Of a stretch of DNA of 64,000 nt, positions 34,747-44,405 are shown piece after piece. How positions within the stretch are numbered: position 1 is the stretch's first letter; each line of letters begins with the position of its first letter. The translations under genes and the position numbers were made by a program. This DNA is from Kiloniellales bacterium (GTDB taxonomy: Bacteria > Pseudomonadota > Alphaproteobacteria > Kiloniellales > JAKSBE01), in the NCBI GenBank assembly GCA_030066685.1, contig JASJBF010000007.1:7061-71060 (forward strand), written 5' to 3'. The notes below the pieces were generated by a model that saw only the letters and a program-made list of their open reading frames with translations, had not been told where the DNA came from and searched no databases.

Positions 34747-36219
34747 CTAGTTCTGGCGCTCGCCGCCGTGTTCGGACTGCAGGTCACCAAGCCCATAGCG
34801 GTGCAGCTTCGCATAGAGGCTCTGCCGGCTGAGGCCCAGGAGCTCGGCCGCCGAGGCGCGGTTGTCGCCGGTCAGTTCCAGGGCCGCCTCGATCGACATG
34901 CGTTCGATCATATCCGTGGTCTCGCGGACCAGGTCCTTCAGCGAAACATGTCCGACCAACTCGGTCAGCTGCTCCACCGACTTCGGCAGGCCGCGGCTGG
35001 TCGGCTCCTCCTTGAAGCGGCGGCTGCCGACGCCGCGGATCGCGAAGCCGTAGCAGGGCTCGTCGTCGTTCATCACCGAGACGCCGGAGACCTCGACCTC
35101 TTCCTTGGATCCCAAGTCGCCCTGGATCGTGGTCCCGAAGAGCCGGACCACACCGTGCTCGCGCAGGTTCGACGTCAGGACGCCCAGGTCGATGTCCGAT
35201 CGGCCCAGCCAGCGGCCGATCGACTGACCCAGGGCCTGCTCTTCGGTCGCCAGCTGCGCCAGATCGAGGAAGGCCGAGTTGGCCGCGAGGATTCGTCCCT
35301 GGTCGTCGGTGGCGACGAAACCGTCGGGCATGGTCTCGATGACGTCGAGGAGCCGGGAGCGGGCCTTCGGGACCGCGGCGGCACCCTGGTCGGCGTCCTG
35401 CAGGGCGGAGAGCCGGACCAGGAAATGCGCGTTGTTGCCCTGGCGGAACAACGAGGCCGAGACCCGAAGCTGCAGGTCGTTCAATCGGATCTTGGCGCTC
35501 TCGCTGGCCGCCTGGCTTGATTTTCGAACCCCTGAAAAGAGCGCCACGATCAGCTCGCGATCCTGGCCGTCGATGTCCTCGGGGAACTTCTGCCCGATGA
35601 GCTGACCGGCCGTCGCGCCAAGGAGCTGGATCGCCGCCGGGTTGGCATCGACGACCTTGCGGGTCGAAGCATCGACGATCAGGATCGCTTCGGATGCCAT
35701 CTGGAACAGCACCCGGTAGCGTGTTTCGGTGTGTCGTAAACGCATGTAGTCGCGCTCCAAGCCTTGTTGTGCGTGTACGAGTTGCTGCTGCAGGGCGGCA
35801 AAGCTCCGCAGTTCCCGACCCAAGGCCAGCACTAGGCCATCCTTTCCGACCGGCACGGCGAGATAGCTGATCGGCAGGTCCGGCCCGTCCGCGACCGGGT
35901 GGTTGACTTGGCGCCAGCGCGGCGGCTCGCCCTGCACCGCATCGCCGAGCAGAGCCTCGACCTTGGGCCGGCTTTCCACCGTGACCGTATCAAGCCACAT
36001 TTGGCCAGACCAGTCGTCGACCCCATGCGACAGCAGACTGGTATTGCCGCAGGCCAGGTCGCGGATCACCCCGTCGGCCCCAATGACCAGGGCGATATCG
36101 GTGGCCGCGGCGACGACGGCTGCCATGGTGCCCGCGTCGAGCTGCCCGAACGGAACCTCCGGAGACCTGAATCGGCTGAGCTCGCTATCGGAAACTAAAT
36201 CGTCCATCGCTGCTGTCAC
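34747..36219 (-). CDS. ppsR: photosynthesis gene repressor PpsR/CrtJ
   Basis: 490 aa. PAS repeats and C-terminal Fis-type HTH (AAELLGLSRQSLYAKLHRYGL). Downstream of ppaA. Confidence 0.9.
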   Translation of the reverse strand: MTAAMDDLVSDSELSRFRSPEVPFGQLDAGTMAAVVAAATDIALVIGADGVIRDLACGNTSLLSHGVDDWSGQMWLDTVTVESRPKVEALLGDAVQGEPPRWRQVNHPVADGPDLPISYLAVPVGKDGLVLALGRELRSFAALQQQLVHAQQGLERDYMRLRHTETRYRVLFQMASEAILIVDASTRKVVDANPAAIQLLGATAGQLIGQKFPEDIDGQDRELIVALFSGVRKSSQAASESAKIRLNDLQLRVSASLFRQGNNAHFLVRLSALQDADQGAAAVPKARSRLLDVIETMPDGFVATDDQGRILAANSAFLDLAQLATEEQALGQSIGRWLGRSDIDLGVLTSNLREHGVVRLFGTTIQGDLGSKEEVEVSGVSVMNDDEPCYGFAIRGVGSRRFKEEPTSRGLPKSVEQLTELVGHVSLKDLVRETTDMIERMSIEAALELTGDNRASAAELLGLSRQSLYAKLHRYGLGDLQSEHGGERQN

Positions 36220-36298
36220 ATTCCGGCGTTGTCGCTGACTTACATATCAGCGCCTGCCGGGGTTGCCAACGGTCTCCCACGCCCAGACAGCACCAGTC

Positions 36299-37201
36299 TC
36301 AGCAAAGGCGCCTGTTGGAACTCCAGAGCATCTCCTGTGCTCGCGAAACGGCCTTCCGTCCATCACTCGCAATCGCATCCGCGCCGTAGTCCTGCGCCGA
36401 CCCCGGCCGCTCAACCACTGCGCGTCCGCCAAGTAGAACAGCGATCTGCTGGTTGCGGGAACACTCTCGAATCCGCCGGATCAGTCCTTCCAATCGCAGG
36501 AGGCTGGATCCGAGGCTCACCGACACCCCAATCACATCGAACCAATCATCAACCAAGAGCTCGAAGATCGCCTCATCGCCGTCCGGCACCCCGCCCCAGA
36601 CATCCCAACCGTCGCGGCGGAAGAACTCCGCGACCATGTACATCCCGAAGGTGTGCTGCTCGCCGGGAAAAGTGACCAGGAGGGCCCGCTTGTCCTGATC
36701 GACCGCGACACGCCCACTTTCCGTCGCCGGGCTCAAGCCGCGCAGAAGCTGCTGCATACGCGACAACCCAAGAGTGACCGTCATGAAGTCGCAGCGGTCG
36801 TCCACCCAGAGATCACCAAGGTGGCGCGCGGCGGGCGCCATCAGGCCCAGGAAAATCGACTCGAGCGACACGCCGCGTCCACGCAGGTCGTCGATGAATC
36901 CCCGCGCGCTAGCGGTGTCGTTCTTGATAATGATCGAGGCGAATTCGAGAACGTCGTCGCGGCTTGGCTCGGCGGCTTCCCGACGCGCAGGCTCGATGCG
37001 CTTCAAATCAGCCCGATGGGCCAACATCAGCCGAGGAACGATTTCTGTCTCGATTGTGGTCGCGAGCGCGGCCAAACCGGATCCTGACGACGACTCTTTT
37101 TCTCGGGGGCTACTCTCTTCTTCTTCGTCTACACAAGACCCAAAAAGATCATATTCCTGCAAGTACTCATCGGCATTTAGTAATTGCCGTAGGCCTGCCA
37201 T
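36299..37201 (-). CDS. ppaA: cobalamin-binding antirepressor AerR/PpaA
   Basis: 300 aa. B12-binding domain LLVTFPGEQHTFGMYMVAEFFRRDGWDV. Immediately upstream of ppsR. Confidence 0.85.
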   Translation of the reverse strand: MAGLRQLLNADEYLQEYDLFGSCVDEEEESSPREKESSSGSGLAALATTIETEIVPRLMLAHRADLKRIEPARREAAEPSRDDVLEFASIIIKNDTASARGFIDDLRGRGVSLESIFLGLMAPAARHLGDLWVDDRCDFMTVTLGLSRMQQLLRGLSPATESGRVAVDQDKRALLVTFPGEQHTFGMYMVAEFFRRDGWDVWGGVPDGDEAIFELLVDDWFDVIGVSVSLGSSLLRLEGLIRRIRECSRNQQIAVLLGGRAVVERPGSAQDYGADAIASDGRKAVSRAQEMLWSSNRRLC

Positions 37202-37401
37202 CTGAGCCTCCCTCAGATACTATTTTTTGTTCTTCTTGTGTTGTCCTTTCCCCATTCCCCTATCGCAACCATGGCCTGCATTCTTCCTTCCTGAGAATGC
37301 GCTTCACGAGATCGCCCAGCCCTTTGAAGCGGTACACGGCCAGGGCAGGCAGCCTCGTTGCGAGGCCGAAATGCCCGATAACCCATTAACCACGTCGGAC
37401 A

Positions 37402-37419
37402 TGTTCGTTGAATAGGACA
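37402..37419. promoter_or_regulatory. PpsR/CrtJ palindrome TGT-N12-ACA (TGTTCGTTGAATAGGACA)
   Basis: Exact TGT-N12-ACA in the low-GC ppaA-bchF divergent region. Confidence 0.6.
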
Positions 37420-37475
37420 CCGTCATCAATGTGTCAAGTAAGCTAGATAGTGTCAATATTGTTGGTCGAAGATAA

Positions 37476-37493
37476 TGTATGATTGGATTGACA
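37476..37493. promoter_or_regulatory. PpsR/CrtJ palindrome TGT-N12-ACA (TGTATGATTGGATTGACA)
   Basis: Exact motif. 16/18 identical to the bchG site. Confidence 0.7.
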
Positions 37494-37645
37494 ATCGGAG
37501 GGGGTCCGAATAGACTCTAAACGACCGGACGGCCTCCTTCCCCGCTTCAAGAGAAAGGGGCCGACATCGGGCTCCGTCGAGCCTCGGGGCGAAGAGGCCC
37601 GAAGACAGCGGTGCCGGGCAGAACCTGAACGGAGGGATAGTTTCC

Positions 37646-38245
37646 ATGATCCTTATCCCAGACCTCAGCGGAACCGTCGACAGATGCATCGCGCGCTTCG
37701 ACGTTTGCCCCTGGTCGACGCTTGCCGGAAGCAGCACGCTTCGGCGCGAGCCCTTGTCCCGGCGGCGCGACCATATCCTCTATACGCCCGAACAGAGACG
37801 CCGGCGGGACCAGTCGCCCTGGACTCTGGTTCAAGGGGTTCTGGCGCCGCTCCAGTTCGGCATCTTCCTGATCAGCCTCGTCCTCGTGCTCCGATTCCTG
37901 GCAACGGGTCTCGGCTTCGAGGCCGCGACCGCTTCTATCGTCGTCAAGACAGTTGCGCTCTACACGATCATGATCACCGGAGCGATCTGGGAGCGTGCCG
38001 TTTTCGGCCAGTATCTCTTCGCGCCCGCGTTTTTCTGGGAAGACGTGGTCAGCATGCTGGTGATCGCTCTACACACGGCCTACTTGATCGTTCTGGCAAC
38101 CCAGATTCTCGACGCCCAGGGGCAAATGCTGCTCGCGCTCGCGGCTTACGCGGCCTACGTGATCAACGCGGCCCAGTTCCTCCTGAAGCTGCGCGCCGCC
38201 CGGCGAGAGGCCAGCCCAGGCGGCGCGGCCTTCCGCCCGGCCTGA
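37646..38245 (+). CDS. bchF: 3-vinyl bacteriochlorophyllide hydratase
   Basis: LYTPEQRRRRDQSPWTLVQGVLAPLQFGIFLISLVLVL and downstream TMs are typical of BchF. The true start may be internal (for example TTG 37754), since the N-terminal ~35 aa look non-conserved. Confidence 0.85.
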   Translation: MILIPDLSGTVDRCIARFDVCPWSTLAGSSTLRREPLSRRRDHILYTPEQRRRRDQSPWTLVQGVLAPLQFGIFLISLVLVLRFLATGLGFEAATASIVVKTVALYTIMITGAIWERAVFGQYLFAPAFFWEDVVSMLVIALHTAYLIVLATQILDAQGQMLLALAAYAAYVINAAQFLLKLRAARREASPGGAAFRPA

Positions 38246-38259
38246 TCGAGTGAGCCGCA

Positions 38260-39657
38260 TCAGCGCCGCCGGAAGCGCACCCGAATTCCCTGCGCCGAGC
38301 GCGTCGTCAGCCGGGTGACCGGCCGCACTGACCGCGGATCCACGGCCTCGACCTCGTATCGTCGGATCAGGCGGGCGAGGATCAGGGTGCTTTCCACCGT
38401 CGCAAAGGCAGCGCCGACGCAAAGCCGGCGACCTGCCCCGAAGGGCAGATAGGCGCTCTGGGTCCACTCCTGCTCCCGCTCCGGCAGGAAGCGGTCGGGA
38501 TCGAAATGCTCCGGATTCCGCCACAGCGCCCTGTGGCGATGCATGATCCAGGGCGAGATCATGATCATGGCGCCGCGCGGCACCGCGAGGGCGCCGATTC
38601 GCCCCGGCTCGAGCGCGACCCGCGGGATGAAGGCGAGCGGCGGATAGAGCCGCAAGGTTTCGCGAAAGACGTTGCGCACGAAGGTGAGCCTCTTGGTCGC
38701 CTCGAAGCCGATCGGACCCTGCGCGCAGACCGACTCGACCTCGGCCCGGATCCGTGCGGCGGCCTCGGGCCTCTGCGACAGGATGAAGAAGGCCCAGGCC
38801 AGCGCCCCAGCCGTGGTCTCGTGTCCGGCCAGAAAGAAGACGCCGATCTGGTCGATCAGCTCTTCGCGCGAAAATCCCTCGCCGGTCTCCGGATCCCGCG
38901 CCGCGATGACCTCGCCGGCGATATCGTTGAGCGGCCGGTCCGCGGTGTCGAGCCGCGCATCGATCAAGCTGCCTAAATGCCGGCGGATCAGCATCGAGGC
39001 CTGAACCACCGAACGAGGCTGCTTGACGGCCGCCCAGGGCCGGCCGAGCCAGAGCCGCAGGATCTGAACGTTGGCGACCGAGTCCTGAAACCGCGCGAAC
39101 GCCTTGAAGATCTCACGCGCCGCTTGGCTTTCCAGGGACACCGAAAAGATGGTCCGGTAGATGATGTCCGCCGTTAGGTGGCTCATCGCCGTCTCCAGGG
39201 AGACGGCTTCGCGGCACTCGGCCAGGGTGTCCAGGCGGCGCTCGAAGTCGGCGACGGCCGCCGCCATCCCTCTAAAGGCCCGGCTCACCTGCATGTGGGA
39301 GAAGGCCGCCTCGATCATCCGCCGTTGGCGCCGCCAGGTCTCGCCGCTCGACACGAAGATGCTGTCCCCGACCAGGGGCTGCAGGGCGCCCACCATGAGG
39401 TCGTTTTTGGGAAAGCTCTCGGCCTCTCCGGTCAGAATCTGGCGCACCAGGGTCGGATCGTTGACCAGGACGATCTTGCGGCGGGTCCGCCCGACCTCGG
39501 TCAGCAAAACCCGGTAGGCCTCGTCCGGCATCAGGCTGAGCAGGTCGCGCTGGCTGCTGAGGATGCCCTTCAGCAGGGCCCGGACCGGCGTGGTCGGGAC
39601 CGGCGCCGGCGGCCGATAGAGCCCTTCCGGCCCGGCCGTCGTCCGGTCAAGCGGCAT
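38260..39657 (-). CDS. cytochrome P450
   Basis: 465 aa from MPLDRTTAG. I-helix FFLAGHETTA, ExxR (FRETLR), and heme loop FGAGRRLCVGAAFA. The start overlaps the crtA stop by 11 nt. Confidence 0.85.
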   Translation of the reverse strand: MPLDRTTAGPEGLYRPPAPVPTTPVRALLKGILSSQRDLLSLMPDEAYRVLLTEVGRTRRKIVLVNDPTLVRQILTGEAESFPKNDLMVGALQPLVGDSIFVSSGETWRRQRRMIEAAFSHMQVSRAFRGMAAAVADFERRLDTLAECREAVSLETAMSHLTADIIYRTIFSVSLESQAAREIFKAFARFQDSVANVQILRLWLGRPWAAVKQPRSVVQASMLIRRHLGSLIDARLDTADRPLNDIAGEVIAARDPETGEGFSREELIDQIGVFFLAGHETTAGALAWAFFILSQRPEAAARIRAEVESVCAQGPIGFEATKRLTFVRNVFRETLRLYPPLAFIPRVALEPGRIGALAVPRGAMIMISPWIMHRHRALWRNPEHFDPDRFLPEREQEWTQSAYLPFGAGRRLCVGAAFATVESTLILARLIRRYEVEAVDPRSVRPVTRLTTRSAQGIRVRFRRR

Positions 39658-40390
39658 TGACGCCAGCCTCGTCTGCGCAGGCGACCACGGAGGCGGTCGA
39701 AAGCGGCTGGCCCCCCTCCCAGCGGCCCGCCGCATGCAGCACGCGGAAGCGCGCGAAGAGCTCCTCGCTGAACCAGCCGCCCTCCCGGACGCGGGCGATC
39801 GCCTCTGCGTGAAAGCCACGGTAGGCGAAAGCTTCCATGGCGCGGCGGTCCGACCAGATGGAGAAGGTGACCTGATGCAGCCAGGGGACTTCGCCCAGGC
39901 CGATCTTGAAGAGCAGCTGCGGCTGCGCGCGGATGGCCGCGCTGATGTTCGGCACACGCCGCCAGAAGGCCAAGGCGTGCTGCGGCTTGACCGAGGCGCG
40001 CGTCAGCACGGCGATCGCGCTATCCTCCGAAAGGCCGGGCTCGGACGAAAGGGTGAAGGGCGCCGCGCGGTCCCATTGGCCGCGGCATTGGGTCGCCCCG
40101 AGGAAAACCGTCCAGTCTTCGGCCGCGTGGGCGCGATAGCGTCGATAGACTGCGCTCTCCGCCACGCGGGCCTGGCCTTCCGCCAACGACGGCCAGGTGG
40201 CCAGGATCGCGTAGACCGAGAAATTGGGAAAAGGGTGAAAGCCCTCGCGCGTCCCGCTGCCCAGCAGCTTGTGGAAGCCGATGCCCGGGATCGCGCGCAG
40301 GGGTCGGCGGGCGAAGAGCATCTGGGAGAAGGCCCACAGCTTGTTCCCGGACCCTTCGAAGCGGAAGAAGGAGAGAGACACCGCTTTCAT
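39647..40390 (-). CDS. crtA: spheroidene monooxygenase (acyclic carotenoid 2-ketolase)
   Basis: 247 aa. MKAVSLSFFRF...KLWAFSQM...GLGEVPWLHQVTFSIWSD...GWFSEELFARF matches the CrtA family as I recall it. Divergent from bchI as in Rhodobacter. Confidence 0.85.
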   Translation of the reverse strand: MKAVSLSFFRFEGSGNKLWAFSQMLFARRPLRAIPGIGFHKLLGSGTREGFHPFPNFSVYAILATWPSLAEGQARVAESAVYRRYRAHAAEDWTVFLGATQCRGQWDRAAPFTLSSEPGLSEDSAIAVLTRASVKPQHALAFWRRVPNISAAIRAQPQLLFKIGLGEVPWLHQVTFSIWSDRRAMEAFAYRGFHAEAIARVREGGWFSEELFARFRVLHAAGRWEGGQPLSTASVVACADEAGVNAA

Positions 40391-40427
40391 GTTCCTACCG
40401 CTCGGAAAAAGCGCTATACACTTTGGC

Positions 40428-40445
40428 TGTCAATTAAACTCGACA
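40428..40445. promoter_or_regulatory. PpsR/CrtJ palindrome TGT-N12-ACA (TGTCAATTAAACTCGACA) in the crtA-bchI divergent region
   Basis: Exact motif. Confidence 0.65.
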
Positions 40446-40611
40446 CTGGCGCCGCTGTCACGCCATATTGCTTGCACCGGAAGGGTGGTCTTCGCTGCGA
40501 TGAACGGGATCGGCCGCAAGGCACTGCAGACGGCGCCGCGGGTCTCGGTGATGCCGGGCCTCGGCAGAACCGGCTGTCCTGCTAGACTTCGCCAGCCTTA
40601 GGACAGAGTGC

Positions 40612-41640
40612 GTGCAAAGAGCCTTTCCCTTTTCCGCTATCGTCGGCCAGAACCAGATCAAGCTCGCCCTCTTGATCGTCGCGGTCGATCCTTCGATCGG
40701 CGGGGTTCTGATCTTCGGCGACCGCGGAACCGGCAAGTCAACCGCGATCCGCGGCCTCGCCGCCCTGCTGCCGAAGATGCGGGCGATCGTCGGTTGTCCC
40801 TATGGCTGCGCGCCCGAGACCACCGCGGGGCTCTGCGACCACTGCGATGACAAGACGGGAAAAGCCGCGCCCAAGAGCCATCTGGTGCCGGTGCCGGTGA
40901 TCGACCTGCCGCTCGGGGCCACCGAAGACCGGGTGGTCGGGGCGCTGGACCTCGAACGCGCCCTGACCGTCGGAGAGAAGGCCTTTGAGCCGGGCCTGCT
41001 CGCCCGGGCCAACCGCGGCTTCCTCTACATCGACGAGGTCAACCTGCTGGAGGACCACTTGGTCGACCTGCTGCTCGACGTCGCCGCCTCGGGCGAGAAC
41101 CTGGTCGAGCGCGAGGGCTTGAGCGTACGGCATCCGGCCCGCTTCGTGCTGATTGGCAGCGGCAATCCCGAAGAAGGCGAGCTGCGCCCGCAACTCCTGG
41201 ACCGCTTCGGCCTCTCGGTCGACGTCCAGACCCCCGGCGACGTCGCCACGCGGGTCGAGGTGGTGCGGCGCCGGGACTCCTTCGAACGCGATCCGGAGGC
41301 CTTCGGCACCCGGTGGCAGGCGGAGGACGACAAACTGCGTCGGCGGATCGGCGCGGCGCGCAAGCGGCTCGGCGAGGTCGAGGTCCCGGACGCGGTCTAC
41401 GAGCAGGGTGCCGAGCTTTGCCTCGCCCTGGGGACCGACGGGCTGCGCGGCGAACTGACGCTGATCCGCGCCGCGCGCGCCGCTGCGGCCCTGGAGGGCC
41501 GGAAGCCCGTCGCCCGCCGTCATCTGCAACAGGTCGCCCCCCTCGCCCTCAGGCACCGGCTGCGCCGCGACCCGCTCGACGATGCCGGCTCCAGTGTCCG
41601 GGTCGAGCGCGCGATCGAGGAGGTTTTTGGGTCGCGATGA
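40612..41640 (+). CDS. bchI: Mg-chelatase ATPase subunit I
   Basis: 342 aa (GTG start). [15 protein letters not shown], Walker [10 protein letters not shown]. Confidence 0.95.
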   Translation: MQRAFPFSAIVGQNQIKLALLIVAVDPSIGGVLIFGDRGTGKSTAIRGLAALLPKMRAIVGCPYGCAPETTAGLCDHCDDKTGKAAPKSHLVPVPVIDLPLGATEDRVVGALDLERALTVGEKAFEPGLLARANRGFLYIDEVNLLEDHLVDLLLDVAASGENLVEREGLSVRHPARFVLIGSGNPEEGELRPQLLDRFGLSVDVQTPGDVATRVEVVRRRDSFERDPEAFGTRWQAEDDKLRRRIGAARKRLGEVEVPDAVYEQGAELCLALGTDGLRGELTLIRAARAAAALEGRKPVARRHLQQVAPLALRHRLRRDPLDDAGSSVRVERAIEEVFGSR

Positions 41641-43436
41641 AGACCCGACGGCAGCCGAACTCCCTGCCCGCCGACGCGATCCTGGCCGCGGCCCTGGCAG
41701 CAACGGCGCCGCTGGCGCTGGGCGGCGTGTCCCTGCGGTCCCGCCCCGGCGAGCAGCGCGAGGCCTGGCTGGCTCGGTTCCATGGCCTGCTGCCGCAGGA
41801 CGTGCCCCGACCGCGGTTGCCCCTGCACATCAGCGACGACCGTCTGCTCGGCGGGTTGGACCTTGCCGCGACCCTGCGGAGCGGACGCCCGATGGGTCAG
41901 CGGGGCCTGCTCGCCGACTGCGACGGCGGGGTCCTGACGATTCCCATGGCCGAGCGGACCCCTGCCGCCTTGGCGGGAAAGCTCGCGGCCGTGATGGATG
42001 CGCGGGCCATCGTCTTGGAGCGCGACGGGCTTGCCGCGCGGCATCCGAGCGCCTTCGGCGTCATCCTGCTCGACGAGGGCCTCGCCGAGGACGAAGCGCC
42101 GCCGTCCTGCCTTCTGGACCGGCTCGCCTTCCACCTGCACCTGGAACCACGCGGCGGCGGCGAGGACCCGCCGCCCGGATTGCACACCATCACGCCCGAC
42201 GACGTCGCCGCCGCGCAACGGCGGCTGCCCGCCGTGGAGGCCCGTGATGACGCCGTCGAAGCGCTCTGCGCCGCAAGCCTGGCCCTGGGTATCGCCTCGG
42301 CGCGCGCGCCCCGCTTTGCGCTGACCGCCGCGCGCGCCTCGGCCGCCCTCTTCGCACGCGACCGTGTCGGCGAGGACGACACGGCCCTGGCGGCGCGCCT
42401 GGTCCTGGCGCCGCGCGCCACGCAGCTTCCGGCCGGGGAGCCGCCCGCGGAAGCTCAGGAGCCCGAGGCGTCGCGGGACCAGTGCAACGGGGAGGACCCA
42501 AGGTCGCCGGAGCGGGACGCGGAGGGCCGAAATCCGGAGGCCCTGGAGGACGTCGTGCTGGCGGCGAGCAAGGCCGCCATTCCACGCGACCTGCTGGCGC
42601 AGCTCATGGCCGGCAAGGACCGGCGCAGCCGGGAGTCGGGCAGCGGACGCGCAGGACCGCTCCGCGCGACGACGACGCGCGGCCGCCCCGTGGGCGCGCG
42701 CCGCGGGACGCCGAAGCTGGGCCAGCGCCTGAACGTGCTCGAGACCCTGCGGGCGGCGGCGCCCTGGCAGGCGATCCGCCGGCGCGAGCAGGCCGACCGG
42801 CCGCCGGCCATGGCGCCGCGCGTCCTGATCCGCCGGGAGGACTTCCGGATCACCTGCTACAAGCATCATCCGGAGACCACGACCATCTTCGTCGTCGACG
42901 CCTCCGGCTCTGCCGCGCTGCACCGTCTGGCCGAGGCCAAGGGCGCGGTGGAGCTGCTCCTCGCGGATTGCTACATCCGCCGGGACAGCGTCGCCCTTCT
43001 GACCTTCAAGGGCCGCGGCGTCGAGCTGCTGCTGCCGCCGACCCGCTCGCTGGCCCGGGTCAAGCGCTGCCTGGCCGGCTTTCCGGCCGGCGGCGGCACG
43101 CCTTTGGCGGCGGCCATCGACGCGGCCGCAACCCTGGCCGACGGGCTGCGGCGCAAGGGGCAGTCGCCGGTGGCCGTGTTCCTCACCGACGGCCGCGGCA
43201 ACATCGCGCGGGACGGGTCGGCGGATCGCGACGCTGCCGAAGGCGACGCGCGCACCGCCGCCCGTGCTCTGGCCGCGAGCGGGCTCGCAAGCCTCCTGGT
43301 GGACATCTCGCCACGACCGCGTCCGATCGGCCGCCAGCTCGCCGAGGCGATGCGCGCCACCTACATGGCGCTGCCCCAGGCCGACGCGGCGGCGCTGTGC
43401 AACGCGGTCCAGGCCCACGCAGACCCGAGCCGCTGA
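41637..43436 (+). CDS. bchD: Mg-chelatase subunit D
   Basis: 599 aa from [14 protein letters not shown] overlap with bchI. C-terminal v[17 protein letters not shown]. Confidence 0.9.
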   Translation: MKTRRQPNSLPADAILAAALAATAPLALGGVSLRSRPGEQREAWLARFHGLLPQDVPRPRLPLHISDDRLLGGLDLAATLRSGRPMGQRGLLADCDGGVLTIPMAERTPAALAGKLAAVMDARAIVLERDGLAARHPSAFGVILLDEGLAEDEAPPSCLLDRLAFHLHLEPRGGGEDPPPGLHTITPDDVAAAQRRLPAVEARDDAVEALCAASLALGIASARAPRFALTAARASAALFARDRVGEDDTALAARLVLAPRATQLPAGEPPAEAQEPEASRDQCNGEDPRSPERDAEGRNPEALEDVVLAASKAAIPRDLLAQLMAGKDRRSRESGSGRAGPLRATTTRGRPVGARRGTPKLGQRLNVLETLRAAAPWQAIRRREQADRPPAMAPRVLIRREDFRITCYKHHPETTTIFVVDASGSAALHRLAEAKGAVELLLADCYIRRDSVALLTFKGRGVELLLPPTRSLARVKRCLAGFPAGGGTPLAAAIDAAATLADGLRRKGQSPVAVFLTDGRGNIARDGSADRDAAEGDARTAARALAASGLASLLVDISPRPRPIGRQLAEAMRATYMALPQADAAALCNAVQAHADPSR

Positions 43437-43441
43437 AGGCA

Positions 43442-44335
43442 ATGCTCGGGCGCAGCAGGCTGGCCTGGGAGCGGGACGGCGCCGACTGGCCCAATCGCGC
43501 GCAGAGCGACTTCGTCTCGGCGGCCGGACTGAAGTGGCACGTCCAGCGCGAAGGGCGCGGGCCGCAAGCGCTGTTGATCCACGGCACCGGGGCCTCCACC
43601 CATTCCTGGCGCGACCTGAGTCCCATCCTGGCGGAAGACTTCACGGTCATCGCCCCGGACCTCCCGGGCCACGGATTCACGGACCGGCCGGCCAGCTTCC
43701 GGCTTTCGCTGAACGGCATGGCCGAGTCCCTGGCCGGCCTGCTGCGCAGCCTCGAGCTCGACCCGGTCGTGGTGGTCGGCCATTCCGCGGGCGCGCCCAT
43801 TGCCGCCCGCATGTGCCTGGACGGCAAGATTACGCCCAAGCTTGTCGTCAGCATCAACGGGGCCTGGCTCCCCTTCCGCGGCGCCTCCGGAGTCCTCTTC
43901 CCCTTGATGGCGCGGGCGCTGTTCTTGAACCCCCTGACACCGCGCGTCTTCGCAACCCTCGCCGACCGCGGGCGCGTCGCACGCTTGATCCGGCAGACCG
44001 GCTCGGACCTGGACGAAGCGGGGATCGCACTTTATCAGCGGCTGCTGCGCAGCCCGTCGCACGTCGCCGGCGCGCTCGGGATGATGGCCAACTGGAACCT
44101 GGAGCCCCTCAACCGGGACCTGCGCCGGCTCGCGCCCGAGCTTCTGTTGATCGTCGGCGAGTCCGACCTCGCGATCCCCCCCGCGACCGCGGAGAAGGTC
44201 GGCCGTATGGTCCCCAAGGCCGAGGTTCGGCGGCTGCCCGGGCTCGGGCACCTCGCCCACGAGGAAGCGCCGGAGACGGTCGCCGGAACGATCCTCGACG
44301 CGGCCAGGGCCCTCGACCTCCTGTCCGACGACTGA
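43442..44335 (+). CDS. bchO: alpha/beta-hydrolase BchO
   Basis: 297 aa. LLIHGTGAS, nucleophile elbow GHSAG. Position after bchD. Confidence 0.85.
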   Translation: MLGRSRLAWERDGADWPNRAQSDFVSAAGLKWHVQREGRGPQALLIHGTGASTHSWRDLSPILAEDFTVIAPDLPGHGFTDRPASFRLSLNGMAESLAGLLRSLELDPVVVVGHSAGAPIAARMCLDGKITPKLVVSINGAWLPFRGASGVLFPLMARALFLNPLTPRVFATLADRGRVARLIRQTGSDLDEAGIALYQRLLRSPSHVAGALGMMANWNLEPLNRDLRRLAPELLLIVGESDLAIPPATAEKVGRMVPKAEVRRLPGLGHLAHEEAPETVAGTILDAARALDLLSDD

Positions 44336-44387
44336 CTCGGGTCCGTCTGTAAAGCGGCGTTGCGAAAATTTGCTTTACAGGCTTTAA

Positions 44388-44405
44388 TGTCAAAACATGT
44401 TGACG
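44388..44405. promoter_or_regulatory. imperfect PpsR-like palindrome TGTCAAAACATGTTGACG overlapping the crtI start codon
   Basis: TGT-N12-ACG. The halves TGTCAA/TTGACG are inverted repeats. Confidence 0.45.
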
